Assembly: GCA_001830425.1 (NCBI GenBank)
Contig: MIAA01000026.1
Location: 16,675-80,674 of the forward strand
Direction of reading: 5' to 3'
Length of the DNA stretch: 64,000 nucleotides
Origin: Rhodospirillales bacterium RIFCSPLOWO2_02_FULL_58_16
Lineage (GTDB): Bacteria; Pseudomonadota; Alphaproteobacteria; Rhodospirillales; 2-02-FULL-58-16
Positions 38,962-51,294 of the stretch are shown one piece after another (position 1 is the first letter of the stretch; each line of letters begins with the position of its first letter). A model generated the notes under the pieces. That model did not search any database. It was not told where the DNA came from and was given only the letters and a program-made list of their open reading frames with translations. A program made the position numbers and the translations under genes.

Positions 38962-40112
38962 GCAGGAACAAGCACCCCTATCCCCGCCTGTCGTTCGGAC
39001 GCCTGATGGCGATGATAATCAAAGAGTTCATCCAGGTGCGCCGCGACCGCATGACCTTCGCCATGATGATGGGCATCCCGCTGATGCAGTTGGTGCTGTT
39101 CGGCTTCGCCATCAATGCCGATCCGAAAGGACTGCCGACGGCGGTGCTGGCGGCCGATCACGGTCAGTTCGACCGCTCGCTGATCGCCGCCATGCAGGCT
39201 TCGAGCTATTTCCGCATAGTCGATACCGCCGACAGCGAGGCTGAGGCCGAGCGCATGCTGGCCATGGGTATGGTGCAGTTTGTGGTCAGCGTGCCGTCCG
39301 GCTTCTCCCGCGATGTCGCCCGTGGCGACCGCCCGCCGCTGCTGGTGGAAGCCGACGCCACCGATCCGGCGGCCACCTCGAATGCGCTTGCCGCCTTGCA
39401 GATGCTGGCGCACAACGCGCTCGACCGCGACCTCAAGGGCGCTCTCGCCGACCTCAAGTCCGGGCCGCCGCCGTTCGAACTGAGAGTGCATCGCCGCTAC
39501 AACCAGGAAGGCGTCTCGCAGTTCAACATCGTCCCCGGCCTGATGGGGGTCGTGCTCACCATGACCATGACGGTGATGACCTCGATCGCCGTGACGCGGG
39601 AACGTGAGCGCGGCACCATGGAGAACCTGCTGGTCATGCCGCTTCGCCCCATCGAGGTGATGATAGGCAAGATTGTACCCTACATCGTCATCGGCTATGT
39701 CCAGGTAGCCTTGATCCTGCTCGCCGCCAAGGTCATTTTCGGCGTGCCGATGGTGGGAAGCCTGTTCCTGCTGACGATGTGCATCGTCGTCTTCATCGCC
39801 GCCAATCTGGCGTTCGGGTTCACCTTCTCGACCATCGCCGGGAACCAGCTTCAAGCCATGCAGATGAGTTTCTTCTATTTCCTGCCCAGCATCCTTCTTT
39901 CCGGGTTCATGTTTCCCTATCGCGGCATGCCGGGCTGGGCGCAGACATTGGGCGAGGTCTTGCCGCTTACCCACTTCCTGCGCATCGTTCGCGGCATCAT
40001 GCTCAAGGGCAACGGCGTCGCCGAAGTCGCCCCGGAAGTCGGCGCCTTGTTCATCATCCTGGCGGCGGCGGGAGTGCTGGCGATGAAGCGCTACCGCGAG
40101 ACTCTGGATTAG
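38958..40112 (+). CDS. ABC-2 type transporter permease
   Basis: 384 aa. It has an N-terminal TM helix, a large periplasmic loop and five C-terminal TM helices. The start overlaps the ATPase stop. Confidence 0.85.
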   Translation: MSRNKHPYPRLSFGRLMAMIIKEFIQVRRDRMTFAMMMGIPLMQLVLFGFAINADPKGLPTAVLAADHGQFDRSLIAAMQASSYFRIVDTADSEAEAERMLAMGMVQFVVSVPSGFSRDVARGDRPPLLVEADATDPAATSNALAALQMLAHNALDRDLKGALADLKSGPPPFELRVHRRYNQEGVSQFNIVPGLMGVVLTMTMTVMTSIAVTRERERGTMENLLVMPLRPIEVMIGKIVPYIVIGYVQVALILLAAKVIFGVPMVGSLFLLTMCIVVFIAANLAFGFTFSTIAGNQLQAMQMSFFYFLPSILLSGFMFPYRGMPGWAQTLGEVLPLTHFLRIVRGIMLKGNGVAEVAPEVGALFIILAAAGVLAMKRYRETLD

Positions 40113-40777
40113 AGGGCGATGTCGAAGATTTCGGCGATGAATTCCATGCCCAGGCGCAGGCCTTCGTCGTCGATGCCGTGGCCCAGGCCGCGACAGACAT
40201 GAGACGCCGCCTTTATCCCGACGGCGGCAAGACCGTCCACCGCCTCCGCCAACGCCTGAACGGGGATAATCTGGTCTCTGTCGCCGTGAACAAGCAGAAC
40301 CGGAGGCCGGGACTTGATCTCGTTCTCCGGCGATTCTCCGCCCACCAGCAGCCCGGAATAGCCGAGGATGCCGGCCAACCGCTTGGCGCGGCGCAAGCCG
40401 ACGTAAAGGGACATGGTTGTCCCCTGGGAAAAGCCGATCAGCGCCAACTTGTCCTCGCTTAAATTATATTTTTTAAGCTGGGCGTCGATAAAAGCGTCGA
40501 GAATGGGGGCTGATGACCGGGTTCCCTTGAGGCGGTTTTCAGGACCGAAGTCGTTGAGCGAAAACCACTGATAGCCGGTCGGCGCCATGTCGAAGGAATA
40601 GGGGGCGTTAGGAGAGATAAACAGGGCGTCGGGCAAAATCTTCTGAAAGTAAGGAGCCAGTCCGATCAGATCGTTGCCGTCGGCGCCGAGGCCGTGGACG
40701 AAGATCACCAGCTTGCCGGGCGCCCCGCCGCCGACCGGCCCCAGGCCGGGGCCGTCCAAAACGGGCAGTTTGGTCAT
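40109..40777 (-). CDS. alpha/beta hydrolase (phospholipase/carboxylesterase family)
   Basis: GFSQGT nucleophile elbow, VLLVHGDRD and GLGHGI motifs, 222 aa. Confidence 0.8.
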   Translation of the reverse strand: MTKLPVLDGPGLGPVGGGAPGKLVIFVHGLGADGNDLIGLAPYFQKILPDALFISPNAPYSFDMAPTGYQWFSLNDFGPENRLKGTRSSAPILDAFIDAQLKKYNLSEDKLALIGFSQGTTMSLYVGLRRAKRLAGILGYSGLLVGGESPENEIKSRPPVLLVHGDRDQIIPVQALAEAVDGLAAVGIKAASHVCRGLGHGIDDEGLRLGMEFIAEIFDIAL

Positions 40778-40978
40778 TGAGATGCTCCTGCTTGAGGTCT
40801 TTTGCTGAATTCCATGGTATGATCACGCCGCGCCAAAGCCAACCGCCGTTTACGCTCACTGTCGTCCATTGAACTATTTTCGGCTGGTTCCTGACAGATT
40901 TATGTGATATGCTGCGACATGGGTGAAAATGCGCCGCACGCCGTGGTTGATCGTTCAAGCCTACAAGGGTCGAAAGCG

Positions 40979-41293
40979 ATGACTGAAAAAAAACTGAACA
41001 AGACGGAAGCAAGCATCTTGCGCGGCATTCAGGACGCCTTGGCTTATGTGCGCGGCGATGCCGGTCGCGGCATTGCTCATGTGGTAAAAGTACCGAAGGT
41101 GGACGTTAAGTCGGCGCGCAGGAAGCTGGGCATGACCCAGAAAGACTTTGCCCGCAATTTCGGCGTCAGCCTTGATACCGTCCGCAACTGGGAACAAGGC
41201 CGGCGGCAACCGGAAGGAGCTGCGCGGGTGCTGCTGGCGGTGATCGAGCGCAATCCCGTTGCGGTGCTTGAAGTTGTGCGTAATGCGGCCTGA
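40979..41293 (+). CDS. XRE-type HTH protein resembling type II antitoxins (no cognate toxin seen)
   Basis: ARRKLGMTQKDFARNFGVSLDTVRNWEQGRRQPEGAARVLL is the HTH pattern of HigA/NadS-like antitoxins. I chose the start MTEKK at ATG 40979. Confidence 0.6.
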   Translation: MTEKKLNKTEASILRGIQDALAYVRGDAGRGIAHVVKVPKVDVKSARRKLGMTQKDFARNFGVSLDTVRNWEQGRRQPEGAARVLLAVIERNPVAVLEVVRNAA

Positions 41294-41296
41294 CAG

Positions 41297-41488
41297 CGTG
41301 TCAGGATTGATCAGGATCACCTGCGTTACAAATTACCGTCATTGCGACCGCGAGCGTCAGCGACGCGGGAAGCAATCCATATGGCGGCGACGCGGGGACT
41401 GGATTGCTTCGTCGGCTTCGCCTCCTCGCAATGACGGTGAGGCGCGGCCCAACGTGGCTTTGAGTGATTCTCATCAATCCTGACGCGC
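41297..41488 (+). mobile_element. family-B MITE-like element, copy 1 (about 190 bp, terminal inverted repeats)
   Basis: The ends are GCGTGTCAGGATTGATCAGGATCAC ... GTGATTCTCATCAATCCTGACGCGC. An internal long hairpin is present (CATTGCGACCGCGAGCGTCAGCGACGCGGGAAGCAATCCA / TGGATTGCTTCGTCGGCTTCGCCTCCTCGCAATG). A second copy lies at 61858-62064. Confidence 0.7.
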
Positions 41489-41605
41489 TTAACAGCATGT
41501 CCGGCAAGGTAAATCCGCGCCGAACTTGACGGAAACGTTGTATTTGTGTCAGCGTAAACTCACAGTGGAAGGCAATTACGACATACCAGTCATAGGGGGC
41601 GACCA

Positions 41606-42987
41606 ATGCGTAGCGCTTTGAGAGTCGGACTGATAGGCATGGTTCTGGCCGTGGGCGGTGCGGCGACAAGTGCGGCGGGGCCTTTTGAGGATGGGGTTGC
41701 CGCATACGGTAGGCAGGATTTATGAAACACGATAGGCAGGATTATGAAATAGCGCTTCGCCTGATCGCCGAGCAGGGCGATGCCGCCGCTCAGTTCGACC
41801 TCGGGGATATGTACACCGAGGGCCGGGGCGTGACGCAGGACTACAAGGAAGCGGTGAAGTGGTATCGCTTGGCCGCCGACCAGGGCGACACCTCGGCCCA
41901 GTTCATCCTTAGGGATATATACGCCGAGGGCCGAGGCGTGACGCAGGACCACAAGGAAGCGGAGAAGTGGTACCGCTTGGCCGCCGACCAGGGTAACGCC
42001 TATGCCCAGTTCGACCTCGGGCGTATGTACGCCGAGGGCCGGGACGTGACGCAGGACTACAAGGAAGCGATGAAGTGGTTTCGCTTGGCCGCCGACCAGG
42101 GTAACGCCTATGCCCAGTTCGACCTCGGGGTCATGTACGCCGAGGGCCGGGACGTGACGCAGGACTACAAGGAAGCGATGAAGTGGTTTCGCTTGGCCGC
42201 CGACCAGGGCGACGCCGCCGCCCAGCTCATGCTCGGGGATATGTACACCGAGGGCCGGGGCGTAACGCAGGACCACAAGGAAGCGGCGAAGTGGTTTCGC
42301 TTGATCACCGACCAGGGCGATGCCGCCGCCGCCCAGTTCGACCTCGGGGATATGTACGCCGAGGGCCGGTGCGTGACGCAGGACTACAAGGAAGCGGTGA
42401 AGTGGTTTCGCTTGGCCGCCGACTAGGGTAACGCCTCCGCCCAGAAGACCCTCGGGCGTATGTATGCCGAGGGCCGGGGCGTGGCGCGGGACCACAAGGA
42501 AGCGATGAAGTGGTTTCGCCTGATCACCGATCAGAGCGACACCTACGACCAGTTCGACCTCGGGTGTATGTACGACAAGGGCCGAGGCGTGACGCAGGAC
42601 CACAAGGAAGCGGCGAAGTGGTTTCGCTTGGCCGCCGACCAGGGCGACGCCTTCGCCCAGATCACCCTCGGGGATATGTACACCGAGGGCCGAGGCGTGA
42701 CGCGGGACCACAAGGAAGCTGTGAAGTGGTATAGCTTGGCCGCCGACCAGGGCGACGCCTTCGCCCAGATCACCCTCGGGGATATGTACAATGAGGGCCG
42801 GGGCGTAACGCAGGATTATATCATGGCCCATATGTGGTTCAACCTTGCGGCTACTCAGGGGAATGAAGTTGCCGTCGAAAACCGCGATAAGGTCGCCGAA
42901 CTCATGACCCCGGCCCAGATAGCCGAGGCGCAAAAGCTGGCGCGGGAGTGGGAGGCGAAGCCTTATAGTTCAACGCCTGGACCGTGA
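41606..42987 (+). pseudogene. Sel1-repeat (TPR-like) secreted protein, disrupted by a frameshifting 23-bp duplication and an in-frame TAG
   Basis: The signal-peptide ORF (ATG 41606, MRSALRVGLIGMVLAVGGAATSAAGP) stops at 41723-41725. The repeat body runs in another frame from 41722, is interrupted by TAG at 42424-42426, and continues in frame to 42987. Confidence 0.75.
41760..42830 (+). repeat. about 10 tandem 108-bp coding repeats (36-aa Sel1 units)
   Basis: The recurrent unit is AQFDLGxMYAEGRGVTQDYKEAxKWFRLAADQGxA at a 108-nt period. Confidence 0.85.
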
Positions 42988-42999
42988 ATAGATCGGATT

Positions 43000-43128
43000 G
43001 ACCGCAGAGACACAGAGGCGCAGAGAAGATCAGGAGAAGTTTTTCTTCTGCTTTTTCTTTTTTCTTCTCTATCTTCCTCTGTGCCTCTGTGGTTAATAAA
43101 ACGGCATTTCCGTCAGTCAATGCGTTGG
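43000..43128. repeat. family-A intergenic palindromic repeat, copy 3 (left end truncated)
   Basis: CACAGAGGCGCAGAGAAGATCAGGAGAAGTTTTTCTTCTGCTTTTTCTTTTTTCTTCTCTATCTTCCTCTGTGCCTCTGTGG matches the core of copies 1 and 2. Confidence 0.75.
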
Positions 43129-43223
43129 AAATTCGGGAGCCGTTTTACAATCTAAAGCGTAGAGAACTACCCATTGGGAAATTTGTGGCTCAATATCCGC
43201 GCCGACGCCGGAGAATGACTTAG

Positions 43224-44408
43224 ATGACCTCGGTTGCGCCTTTCTCATGGGACGATCCGTTCCTGCTGGAGACCCAGTTGCGGGAAGAGGAACGGCTGGT
43301 GCGCGACGCCGCCCGCAACTACGCCCGCTCCAGGCTGATGCCGCGCATCGTTCAGGATAACCGCGACGAGCGTTTTGATCGGGCGATCATGACCGAGATG
43401 GGCGGGCTGGGACTTCTCGGCGCGACCCTGCCCGAAAAATACGGCGGCGCCGGGGTCAATCATGTGTGCTACGGGCTGGCGGCGCGTGAGATCGAGGCCG
43501 TCGATTCCAGCTATCGCTCGGCGATGAGCGTCCAGTCGTCGCTGGTCATGCATCCGATCTATGCCTACGGAACCGAGGAACAACGCCTGAAATATCTGCC
43601 CAGGCTGGCCGCCGGTGAATGGGTGGGCTGCTTCGGCCTGACCGAGCCGGACCACGGCTCAGACCCCGGATCAATGATCTGCAAGGTAGAAAAGACCGCC
43701 GGCGGCTACCGCCTCAACGGCGCCAAGATGTGGATCACCAACGCCCCCATCGCCGACGTGATGATAATCTGGGCCAAACTTGACGGCGTCATTCGCGGCT
43801 TCATTCTGGAGAGCGGCATGAAGGGGCTGACCACCCCCACGATCAAAGGCAAGTTTTCGCTGCGCGCCTCGATCACCGGCGAGATCGTCATGAACGATGT
43901 CTTCGCGCCCGATGACCATATCCTGCCCGGCGCCGAGGGCTTGGCCGGACCTTTCGGCTGTCTCAACAAGGCCCGCTACGGCATCGCCTGGGGAGCGCTG
44001 GGAGCCGCCGAGTCGTGCTGGCTCGCCGCCCGCAACTACACCATGGAGCGCAAACAATTCGGCCGACCGCTGGCCGCCAACCAGTTGATCCAGAAGAAAC
44101 TGGCCGACATGCAGACGGAAATCGCCATCGGCCTGCAAGCCTGTCTGAGGGTGGGCCGGATGCTGGATGACGGCGTATGCGCCCCCGAGGCCGTTTCACT
44201 GATCAAGCGCAATTCCTGCGGCAAGGCGCTCGACATCGCCCGCATGAGCCGCGATATGCACGGCGCCAACGGCATCGCCGACCACTTCCACGTCATCCGC
44301 CATCTGATGAACCTGGAAAGCGTCAACACCTACGAGGGCACTCACGACATCCACGCCTTGATCCTCGGCCGCGCCCAGACCGGGATTCAGGCCTTCACGG
44401 CGGACTAG
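43224..44408 (+). CDS. gcdH: glutaryl-CoA dehydrogenase (acyl-CoA dehydrogenase family)
   Basis: 394 aa with [23 protein letters not shown] and a C-terminal [14 protein letters not shown] motif typical of GCDH. Confidence 0.85.
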   Translation: MTSVAPFSWDDPFLLETQLREEERLVRDAARNYARSRLMPRIVQDNRDERFDRAIMTEMGGLGLLGATLPEKYGGAGVNHVCYGLAAREIEAVDSSYRSAMSVQSSLVMHPIYAYGTEEQRLKYLPRLAAGEWVGCFGLTEPDHGSDPGSMICKVEKTAGGYRLNGAKMWITNAPIADVMIIWAKLDGVIRGFILESGMKGLTTPTIKGKFSLRASITGEIVMNDVFAPDDHILPGAEGLAGPFGCLNKARYGIAWGALGAAESCWLAARNYTMERKQFGRPLAANQLIQKKLADMQTEIAIGLQACLRVGRMLDDGVCAPEAVSLIKRNSCGKALDIARMSRDMHGANGIADHFHVIRHLMNLESVNTYEGTHDIHALILGRAQTGIQAFTAD

Positions 44409-44725
44409 AGAGCAGCGCCGCCGACGGGCCGCACCGGCAGTTGCTCCCAGTTCTCGCCGGACAGCAAAAGACAACTGACGCCGTCGGGCCGCGTTATGAT
44501 GATTGAAAAGGTTCCGGTATCCGATTTGAACACTTCAATCACCTCGCCGCCGGAAGACAACCCCATGGACACAGGTTCCTCGGCAAACCTATTCTTCAGT
44601 TCCGCTATGCCCTTGTTGCGGTCGCCGCAATCCATCAACACCTGAACTTGCGCCGACGCAACCGTCGGCAACGCCGACAGCACGAGGGTCAGAACGGACA
44701 GAAATTCTTTCTTATACCGAGTCAT
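44405..44725 (-). CDS. small secreted hypothetical protein
   Basis: It has a signal peptide ([14 protein letters not shown]) and is 106 aa. It is convergent with gcdH and overlaps it by 4 nt. Confidence 0.5.
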   Translation of the reverse strand: MTRYKKEFLSVLTLVLSALPTVASAQVQVLMDCGDRNKGIAELKNRFAEEPVSMGLSSGGEVIEVFKSDTGTFSIIITRPDGVSCLLLSGENWEQLPVRPVGGAAL

Positions 44726-44863
44726 GACATCCTCCTTTCATCGATAAATAAACACTCCGTACGATTAATATGGGAACTCGCCGCCTGAAATAAAAGTAGC
44801 CGAGGAACTCAACGCCGCATTGCAGCGCGGGGGACTTTATTTTTTTTGTGTTAAGAGGTAAGT

Positions 44864-45373
44864 ATGAAGGCCGATTCAAAACCAAAGGAAGCCGCCATGA
44901 AAATAACATCAATGTTGATAGCTGTTTTTGCTATTTTCTTTTCCTTTCAAGGAATTGCCGCTGCATACCCGTCGAATCAACAGGAAGCGCGACAAGATAC
45001 CCATGATAATCGACTGCAATTAGCGCAAAAACGTCCTGAGGGCCGCAAAGACAACGTCAAAGGGCGTGCGGGCAACCGCCAAGATAAGGCCGAAGGGCGT
45101 GCGGGCAACCGCCAAGATAAAATCGAACAGCGCCGGGAAAACGTCCAAGAGCGCATGGGTGATCGTCGAGACAAGATCGAACAACGCCGGGAAAACGTCC
45201 AAGAGCGCATGGGCGACCGCCAAGACAAGATCGAACAGCGCCGGGAAAACGTCCAAGAGCGCATGGACGACCGCCGGGACAAGATCGAACAGCGCCGGGA
45301 AAACACCCAAGAACGCATGGAAGACCGCCGGGACAAGATCGAACAGCGCCGGGAAAATATCAAAGAAAAGTGA
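44864..45373 (+). CDS. secreted charged tandem-repeat protein
   Basis: A signal peptide is present ([23 protein letters not shown]). About four copies of the 20-aa unit [18 protein letters not shown] follow. AAGAGG lies upstream of ATG 44864, and ATG 44897 is an alternative start. Confidence 0.65.
   Translation: MKADSKPKEAAMKITSMLIAVFAIFFSFQGIAAAYPSNQQEARQDTHDNRLQLAQKRPEGRKDNVKGRAGNRQDKAEGRAGNRQDKIEQRRENVQERMGDRRDKIEQRRENVQERMGDRQDKIEQRRENVQERMDDRRDKIEQRRENTQERMEDRRDKIEQRRENIKEK
45062..45358 (+). repeat. tandem repeats inside the CDS: 2 x 33 bp then about 4 x 60 bp
   Basis: GGGCGTGCGGGCAACCGCCAAGATAA occurs twice. The unit ATCGAACAGCGCCGGGAAAACGTCCAAGAGCGCATGG...GACAAG then repeats at a 60-nt period. 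Confidence 0.9.
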
Positions 45374-45380
45374 GCGCCTG

Positions 45381-47234
45381 ATGCCGGAATATCGCTCCAG
45401 AACATCCACCCACGGGCGCAACATGGCCGGCGCACGCAGCCTGTGGCGGGCCACCGGCATGAAGGACAGTGATTTCGGCAGGCCGATTATCGCCGTCGTC
45501 AATTCCTTTACCCAGTTCGTGCCGGGGCATGTGCATCTCAAGGACATGGGGCAACTGGTGGCCGAGGCCATTACTTTCGCCGGCGGCGTCGCCAAGGAGT
45601 TCAACACCATCGCCATCGACGACGGCATCGCCATGGGCCACGGCGGCATGTTGTATTCGTTGCCGTCCCGCGACCTGATCGCCGATTCGGTGGAATACAT
45701 GGTCAACGGCCATTGCGCCGACGCCATGGTTTGCATCACCAATTGCGACAAGATCACGCCTGGCATGTTGATGGCGGCGATGCGCCTCAATATTCCGACG
45801 GTGATGGTCTCGGGCGGTCCCATGGAGGCCGGCAAGATAACCATAAACGGCAAGGAAACCCCGATTGACCTGATCGACGCCATGGTCCGGGGCGCCGACC
45901 CTGACGCCGACGATAAATCGGCGCTGGAGTATGAACGCTCCGCCTGTCCCACCTGCGGATCATGCTCCGGCATGTTCACCGCCAACTCGATGAACTGTCT
46001 GGCCGAAGCCATCGGCATGGCCTTGCCCGGCAACGGCACCCTGCTGGCCACCCATGCCGACCGGCGCGAACTGTTTGTCAAGGCCGGCCATACCGTCGTT
46101 GACATCGCCAGACGCTACTATGACGGCGGCGATGACTCGGCGCTGCCGCGCTCCGTCGCCTCGTTCAAGGCCTTCGAGAACGCCATGACCGTCGATATCG
46201 CCATGGGCGGCTCCACCAACACGGTGCTGCACCTGCTGGCCATCGCCAATGAGGGGAATGTCGATTTCACCATGGCCGACATGGATCGCCTGTCGAGGAA
46301 GACGCCCAATCTGTGCAAGGTGGCCCCCAGTTCCCACTACCATCTGGAGGACGTGCATCGCGCCGGCGGCATCATGGCTATCCTCGGCGAGTTGGACCGG
46401 GCCGGCCTGATCCACCGCGACGTTCCCACCGTTTACGCGCCGACCATCGCCGAGGCTCTAAACGCCTGGGACGTGGGCCGCTGCCGGGAAGAAAGCGTAC
46501 GTCGATTTTACCGCGCCGCCGCCGGCGGCAAGCCGACCCAACAAGCCTTCAGCCAGGAAAAACGTTATCCCGACCTCGACCTTGACCGGGAACAAGGGTG
46601 TATCCGCAATGTCGGCCACGCCTACAGCGTCGACGGCGGCCTCGCCGTGCTTTACGGCAACATCGCCGAGGACGGCTGCATCGTCAAAACGGCGGGGGTG
46701 GACGCCGGCAACCTCAAGTTCTCCGGCCCCGCCGTCATCTGCGAAAGTCAGGAACAAGCGGTCAGCATGATACTCGGCGGCGGCGTCAAAAAAGGCGACG
46801 TGGTCATCGTTCGCTACGAAGGCCCCAAGGGCGGTCCCGGCATGCAGGAGATGCTTTATCCGACCAGCTATCTGAAATCCATGGGCCTCGGCAAAGTCTG
46901 CGCCCTGGTTACCGACGGCCGTTTTTCGGGAGGCACTTCCGGCCTGGCCGTCGGCCATGTATCGCCGGAAGCCGCCGCCGGAGGCGCCATCGGCCTGATC
47001 GAAACCGGCGACAGGATAGAGATCGACATTCCGGGCCGTTCGATCAACGTCGCCCTCGCTCAAGCCGAGCTGGACAGGCGCCGCCGGGAAATGGAGAACA
47101 AGGGAATCTCCGCCTGGAAAGCAGAGGGCCGCAACCGTCAGGTCTCATCGGCGCTACGCGCCTACGCCGCCATGACCACCAGCGCCGACAAGGGCGCCGT
47201 CAGGGACGTCTCGCAAATCGAGACGGCGCGATAA
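45381..47234 (+). CDS. ilvD: dihydroxy-acid dehydratase
   Basis: It starts [27 protein letters not shown] at ATG 45381 and has the [12 protein letters not shown] motif. The 722-aa ORF from 45066 is a spurious upstream extension through the repeat gene. Confidence 0.97.
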   Translation: MPEYRSRTSTHGRNMAGARSLWRATGMKDSDFGRPIIAVVNSFTQFVPGHVHLKDMGQLVAEAITFAGGVAKEFNTIAIDDGIAMGHGGMLYSLPSRDLIADSVEYMVNGHCADAMVCITNCDKITPGMLMAAMRLNIPTVMVSGGPMEAGKITINGKETPIDLIDAMVRGADPDADDKSALEYERSACPTCGSCSGMFTANSMNCLAEAIGMALPGNGTLLATHADRRELFVKAGHTVVDIARRYYDGGDDSALPRSVASFKAFENAMTVDIAMGGSTNTVLHLLAIANEGNVDFTMADMDRLSRKTPNLCKVAPSSHYHLEDVHRAGGIMAILGELDRAGLIHRDVPTVYAPTIAEALNAWDVGRCREESVRRFYRAAAGGKPTQQAFSQEKRYPDLDLDREQGCIRNVGHAYSVDGGLAVLYGNIAEDGCIVKTAGVDAGNLKFSGPAVICESQEQAVSMILGGGVKKGDVVIVRYEGPKGGPGMQEMLYPTSYLKSMGLGKVCALVTDGRFSGGTSGLAVGHVSPEAAAGGAIGLIETGDRIEIDIPGRSINVALAQAELDRRRREMENKGISAWKAEGRNRQVSSALRAYAAMTTSADKGAVRDVSQIETAR

Positions 47235-47265
47235 ACCTCCCCCGGCCCCTCCTTACGGGGGAGGT
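47235..47265. terminator. hairpin between convergent ilvD and acs
   Basis: CCTCCCCCG-(11 nt)-CGGGGGAGG forms a perfect 9-bp stem in the 42-bp gap between the two stop codons. Confidence 0.5.
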
Positions 47266-47276
47266 GGCCCTTGATT

Positions 47277-49217
<1,941 letters not shown>

Positions 49218-49249
49218 TTTCCCTCCTGAGGCTTGTTGCAAACAGTTGT

Positions 49250-51202
49250 TTATAACCCGATGTCCTCGCCCAAGGCTTCGACCTTCTTCCGGGGCATGGT
49301 TGACATTTCCATTTTGTAGGCCAGAAACCACATCATTCCCACTCCCAGAATCCAGAATACAATCTGCCAGGCCCAGATCGACGGCATGCCGAAAGTCCAC
49401 GCCTTGACGGCGCCGGCGTTCGGCGATCCGAAGATATCGTTGCCGATGACGGCGCCGGGGCCGACGCCGAAGAACAACCATCCGAGGGTGATGATCCAGG
49501 CAATGGGCTTCAGGCCATGCTTCTCGGCGGGAAGACCGGCATTTTCGGCCAGGAAGTTATGGAACTTCATGCGGTGAGCGCGCTCGCTGTTATTTTGGGT
49601 CATCGCCGAGACGGGCAGACAGACGGCCAGATTCATGATTATGCCCCAAACCGCCGAATGAACGGTCCATGGCCAACGGCCCCAGGCCAAATCGACGCCG
49701 AAAAAGCCGGCAATCGAAACGCCGAGCGATTCGGTAAAGATAACGCCGAGGATGCCGGCAATCAGGCCCAGCGTCACCCCCTGCCGGGTGAGCTGCGGGA
49801 AATAGGTCGCCGCCGCCAGTGACGGCCACATCTGCAAGCCGAAAGCCGCCGCCATGCCGCCGAGAAAAACCGGATTGTCGGTAAAACAGGCCGCCGTCGT
49901 CAGCGCCGATGCCGCGATAAGGATAACGCTGATGCGCCCGAACAGCTTTTGGGCTTTATGTGAAGCGGTCGGGCTGAGGTAGCGTTTGTACAGATCGCGG
50001 GTCAATATGCCGCCGGTCGTTGACATATGGGAGGCGCTCGCCGCCTGGAGGGCCGCCAGGGCGCAGACCGCCAGCAGGCCGACCAGCCACAGGGAACTTT
50101 TACCGACGGAGTTGATGTAATGAGCGACCAGAGCGCCATGCTTGTCGGCGGTCAGGTCAGGCAGTGCGTTGCCGAGGGCAAGGCCGGCTTCCGTCACGGC
50201 GGCGTCGGCGCCCAGAAGATGCGCCCCTATGCCCTGGACGGCGGCGAACAGGAACAGGATAAAGCCGATGCCGAAGGAAGACGCCCATACCTGCTGAGGA
50301 GCGAACGGCTTGGGATTGTTGCCGGAGAAGGCCCACATGGTGAACGCCGGGGACGACTGGACGCCCATCAGCGCGAACAGGAAGGTCAAGCCCATGACGC
50401 CCGTCCACAGGCCGCCTGTCGGCGTCTCCTTGCCCAGTCCGGCGGTGAACTGGATCACGCCGGGCATGGCGAAGTAGGCGTTATAGTCGCCGCCGCCGAG
50501 GCCCTTGGTCGCGCCCCATTTGCCGAGATCGGACGCGGCGAGTCCGGCAAGGCCGTTCTGCAGGGCGTTCCATCCTCCGATATGGTCAAGGGCGATCATG
50601 CCGATGATTATGACGCCGAGGCCGAGCAGGACGCATTGCAAAGCGCCCACATAGGTTACGGCTCTTAGTCCCCCCAGGACCACATAGATTATAACGGAAA
50701 CCGAAAGCGCCCACATGCCGACGTTGGCGCTGATGAGACCGTCGGTAAGCACGTTGAACAGCAGGCCGGACGCCCGCAACAACACGCCGAGACAGGGGAT
50801 TGAAAACAACAGGGCCACGCCTACCGTCAGGATGCGGACGGCATCGCCCCGGAAATAGTCCGCCAGCATCTCGCCCGGCGTCACATAGCCGAAGCGTTTG
50901 CCCAGCATCCATTGGCGCTTAAAGAAAAGGACGCCGGTAAACGGGATGGCTATGGCGCAGAACGAGGCGTAGGCATAGGGGAACCCGTCGCGGTAAATCA
51001 TCCCCGGATGATCTATAAAGACCCATCCTGAGAACGATATGGCGGTGGCCGCGAGGACGAATGCCCACGTCGGGGTTTGACGGCCCGAAATGAAGTAATC
51101 GGCAGCCGTCTTGGCCGTCCGGGCGCACTTGATGCCCCAGAAGACGCAGTAGGCCCAATAAAGCGCCACGAACACGAAAAGCCAGGTTGCTTTTGCCGAC
51201 AT
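49250..51202 (-). CDS. sodium:solute symporter family transporter (possible monocarboxylate/acetate permease)
   Basis: 650-aa polytopic protein with about 14 TM helices, immediately upstream of acs on the same strand. The substrate is inferred from context only. Confidence 0.7.
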   Translation of the reverse strand: MSAKATWLFVFVALYWAYCVFWGIKCARTAKTAADYFISGRQTPTWAFVLAATAISFSGWVFIDHPGMIYRDGFPYAYASFCAIAIPFTGVLFFKRQWMLGKRFGYVTPGEMLADYFRGDAVRILTVGVALLFSIPCLGVLLRASGLLFNVLTDGLISANVGMWALSVSVIIYVVLGGLRAVTYVGALQCVLLGLGVIIIGMIALDHIGGWNALQNGLAGLAASDLGKWGATKGLGGGDYNAYFAMPGVIQFTAGLGKETPTGGLWTGVMGLTFLFALMGVQSSPAFTMWAFSGNNPKPFAPQQVWASSFGIGFILFLFAAVQGIGAHLLGADAAVTEAGLALGNALPDLTADKHGALVAHYINSVGKSSLWLVGLLAVCALAALQAASASHMSTTGGILTRDLYKRYLSPTASHKAQKLFGRISVILIAASALTTAACFTDNPVFLGGMAAAFGLQMWPSLAAATYFPQLTRQGVTLGLIAGILGVIFTESLGVSIAGFFGVDLAWGRWPWTVHSAVWGIIMNLAVCLPVSAMTQNNSERAHRMKFHNFLAENAGLPAEKHGLKPIAWIITLGWLFFGVGPGAVIGNDIFGSPNAGAVKAWTFGMPSIWAWQIVFWILGVGMMWFLAYKMEMSTMPRKKVEALGEDIGL

Positions 51203-51294
51203 GGCCTTAAGAATAAGGGATTCCCTGAATGCCGCAAGACGATTAGCGGTTTGTGACCGGATTCAATCGCCTGCGGCATTCCCAGAACTATTGG

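Noticed and set aside
41760-42830. Regularly spaced repeats that could be mistaken for a CRISPR array (also 45062-45358)
   Set aside because: The repeats are contiguous, with no unique spacers. They stay in one reading frame and encode recognisable protein repeats (36-aa Sel1 units and a 20-aa charged unit). No cas genes are in the window.
41590-42933. 447-aa minus-strand ORF, the longest ORF at this locus
   Set aside because: It is antisense to the Sel1 repeats. Its periodic sequence (HIPEGDLGEGVALVGGQA...) is the mirror of the 108-bp coding repeat. It has no start context, and the plus strand gives canonical Sel1 units.
45066-45380. N-terminal extension that makes ilvD a 722-aa ORF
   Set aside because: The extension is an alternative frame of the tandem-repeat gene. 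The canonical IlvD N-terminus ([22 protein letters not shown]) starts at ATG 45381.
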